NCBI GenBank assembly: GCA_038231275.1
Contig: JBBRLQ010000002.1
Coordinates: 288,001-352,000, forward strand
Direction of reading: 5' to 3'
Source of the DNA: Polyangiales bacterium
Lineage (GTDB): Bacteria; Myxococcota_A; Polyangia; Polyangiales; Polyangiaceae
Length of the DNA: 64,000 nt
Shown here piece after piece: positions 61,027 to 64,000 of the stretch. Under the pieces are notes generated by a model. The model did not search any database. It saw nothing but the letters and a program-made list of their open reading frames with translations, and was not told the origin of the DNA. How positions within the stretch are numbered: position 1 is the stretch's first letter; each line of letters starts with the position of its first letter. Both the position numbers and the translations under genes were made by a program.

Positions 61027-61949
61027 GTGTCGAAGCCCGAATCGATACCTCCCGCTTCTGCAAGACCGCCGGGTGAAGCTCACTCATTTGCGGTAGCGGA
61101 AGACGGAACGCGGCTCTTCGTCCGCTCGAAGGACGACGCGCATGCGCAGGGATCGGTCCGGGCGTTCTTGTGCGACGGGATCGCTTGCGACGGCTTCATC
61201 TGGAAGTACGCGTGGAGCGATCTCTCGTCGCAGATGCCGCTCACACACTGGAATTACCGTGGCCATGGGCGATCTGCCCGGCCGCGCGATCCCGAGCGCA
61301 TCGACATCGCGGCCCACGCCGACGATTTGATGGCCGTGCGTCGTCACGTCGACGATCCGCCCGCGGTCCTCTTCGGTCACTCGATGGGCTGCCAGGTCGC
61401 GCTCGAGACGTACCGCCGCCACCCCGATAAGGTGAAGGGCCTCGTCCTCATTTGCGGGACGTACGGCAAGGTCACCTCGACCTTCAAGAACACGAAGGTC
61501 CTCGAGCTCATCCTGCCGAAGCTCGTCGACACCGTCATTCGCCACGAGAACGTGGCGCGCGCGATCTGGTCGCGGATCCCGCCGGACATGGCGCTGAAGA
61601 TCGCCCTCAAGGCCGGTGACATCGATCCGGAGAAGATCCGGCCGGAGGACATCCTCCCGTACCTCACGCACATGACGCACATCGATCTGCCGATGTTCCT
61701 CAAGATGCTGCGCGCGGCGGGCGAGCACTCGGCCGAGGATCTTTTGCCGAACGTGAAGGTGCCGACGCTGATCATCGCTGGAGAGCGCGACTCGTTCACG
61801 CCGCCGTTCTTGGCAGAGGCGATGGCGAAGGCGATCCCAGACGCGGAGCTACTCATGATCGAGCGCGGGACGCACGTGGCCTCGATCGAGCAGCACGAGA
61901 TCGTCGACGCGAAGATCGCCGAGTTCGTCCAAAGACGCATTCTCGCCCC

Positions 61950-61953
<4 letters not shown>
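61027..61953 (+). CDS. Alpha/beta hydrolase
   Basis: YRGHGRS, GHSMG nucleophile elbow, GERD, GTH. Confidence 0.92.
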
Positions 61954-62876
<923 letters not shown>

Positions 62877-62883
62877 GGGCGCG

Positions 62884-63192
62884 CTAGTTCAGGACAACGT
62901 CGACGCGAAAAAACACCGTACGCGGTGCGCCACATTGCATGCAGAGTACATGGACCGGCCGGAGGCCGTCCTTCGCGGCGTGCTCCTCGACGCGCACCGC
63001 GCCTCCGCAGAGGGGGCACGGCATGCCGCGCGCCTCCAGCTCGACGAGCGACGCCGACGACACCACCATCGGGCGCGCTTCGCTGCCACCGGGCTCCAGG
63101 GCCGCGAGGCGAGCGCGATCCTTGACGAGGGCGCCGTACTTTCGCTCCTCCGCGCGCTTCTGGGTGCGCGGTCTCACGGGCTTCTTCGCCAT
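62884..63192 (-). CDS. Small zinc-ribbon protein
   Basis: CPLCG...CMQCG; basic N-terminus. Confidence 0.75.
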   Translation of the reverse strand: MAKKPVRPRTQKRAEERKYGALVKDRARLAALEPGGSEARPMVVSSASLVELEARGMPCPLCGGAVRVEEHAAKDGLRPVHVLCMQCGAPRTVFFRVDVVLN

Positions 63193-63211
63193 GCGAACGC
63201 TTGCCCGACGG

Positions 63212-64000
63212 TCAGTGTTGGACGATCACGACGTGGTGATCTTCGCGGACGCGGACGCTTCCTTGCTCGCCGGCGCACCCCCAGCACGAGGACCAGAGGA
63301 GATCTTGTCGACGGAACGGCTCGAACGCGAGCGCGATGGGCTCCACGTCGCCCAGCATGAGGAAGTACGACGCGAGGCGATACTTCTCTCCTTCGAGCGG
63401 ATAGAGCGCGACGATGAAGCTCATCGATTTACTGCGACCGGTCAGGACCTGCAGCTCGGCGCCGGGCTCGGGGCTCCAGAGGAGCTGCGTGTCGAGGTGG
63501 ACGCCGGGGTTCACCTTCTCCTTCATCTCTTTCAGGTGTCCGGTCTCGTAGACGCGGATGTCCTTGAGCGAGGCGAGCTCGGGGATGCCGGCGAAGATCT
63601 TCGCGACCTGTGCGGCGTCGAGCTTGGTGGGGCGGAACGCGGAGACGTTGGCGATCGGCGTGATGAACGCGGCGTTCGTCGACCCGGTGCAGCAGCGGAA
63701 CGTCATGTCGGACGCGCCGCGTGACTCGTTCGCGCGCGTTCGGTGCGCGCAGCGATGAGCTCCGGGGGACGGAGGTCCGGCGTCGCCGACCGGTGCTCCG
63801 ACGCCGCGGGCGGCCGCGACCGAGGCGGCACCTTCGATGGCGCTCGTGACCTGGCTCTGCGTCCACTCGCGGAGGACGCCCATCGCGCGGACGCCGTAGC
63901 CGCTCGCGCACGACGCCGGATCGCGCTCGCACGCGGTGTCCCATCCGTCGCCGGTGGCGTATTGATCCAGATCCTGCCCCTTGCAGGCAGCCTCCCACTC
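63212..64000 (-). CDS. FGE-sulfatase (SUMF1)-domain protein, 5' end outside window
   Basis: Open frame from the window edge: EWEAACKG...CASGYGVRAMGVLREWT...FRCC. Confidence 0.75.
   Translation of the reverse strand, partial: EWEAACKGQDLDQYATGDGWDTACERDPASCASGYGVRAMGVLREWTQSQVTSAIEGAASVAAARGVGAPVGDAGPPSPGAHRCAHRTRANESRGASDMTFRCCTGSTNAAFITPIANVSAFRPTKLDAAQVAKIFAGIPELASLKDIRVYETGHLKEMKEKVNPGVHLDTQLLWSPEPGAELQVLTGRSKSMSFIVALYPLEGEKYRLASYFLMLGDVEPIALAFEPFRRQDLLWSSCWGCAGEQGSVRVREDHHVVIVQH

Overview
GC-rich (roughly 70% by eye) bacterial chromosome segment. Gene content points to Myxococcota, probably a Polyangiaceae/Labilithrix-like lineage: Hanks kinases, an FHA-sigma54 activator, PEGA and Cys-rich lipoproteins, a MYXO-CTERM-like tail and a TIGR04563-like small protein. 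About 55 CDS plus one tRNA(CAT, probably Ile2). Housekeeping genes include tmk, panC, prfA, rpmE, ssb, a HIT protein, a YitJ-type methionine enzyme and an S41 protease. Accessory content includes an 8-gene, 14 kb, largely translationally coupled MoxR/DUF58/VWA/ABC operon, a Tat-exported GMC dehydrogenase pair, an alkyl-DHAP-synthase-like gene, glpA/glpB-like genes without glpC, and a GT2/flippase/UGM-like envelope cluster. The best novelty candidate is a predicted Tat lipoprotein (61950-62876) carrying the motifs of the eukaryotic secretory-pathway Fam20/Four-jointed kinases. I saw no integrase, transposase, rRNA or CRISPR array. All assignments come from motif recognition by eye; no database searches were run, and several start codons are my choice rather than the ORF track's.
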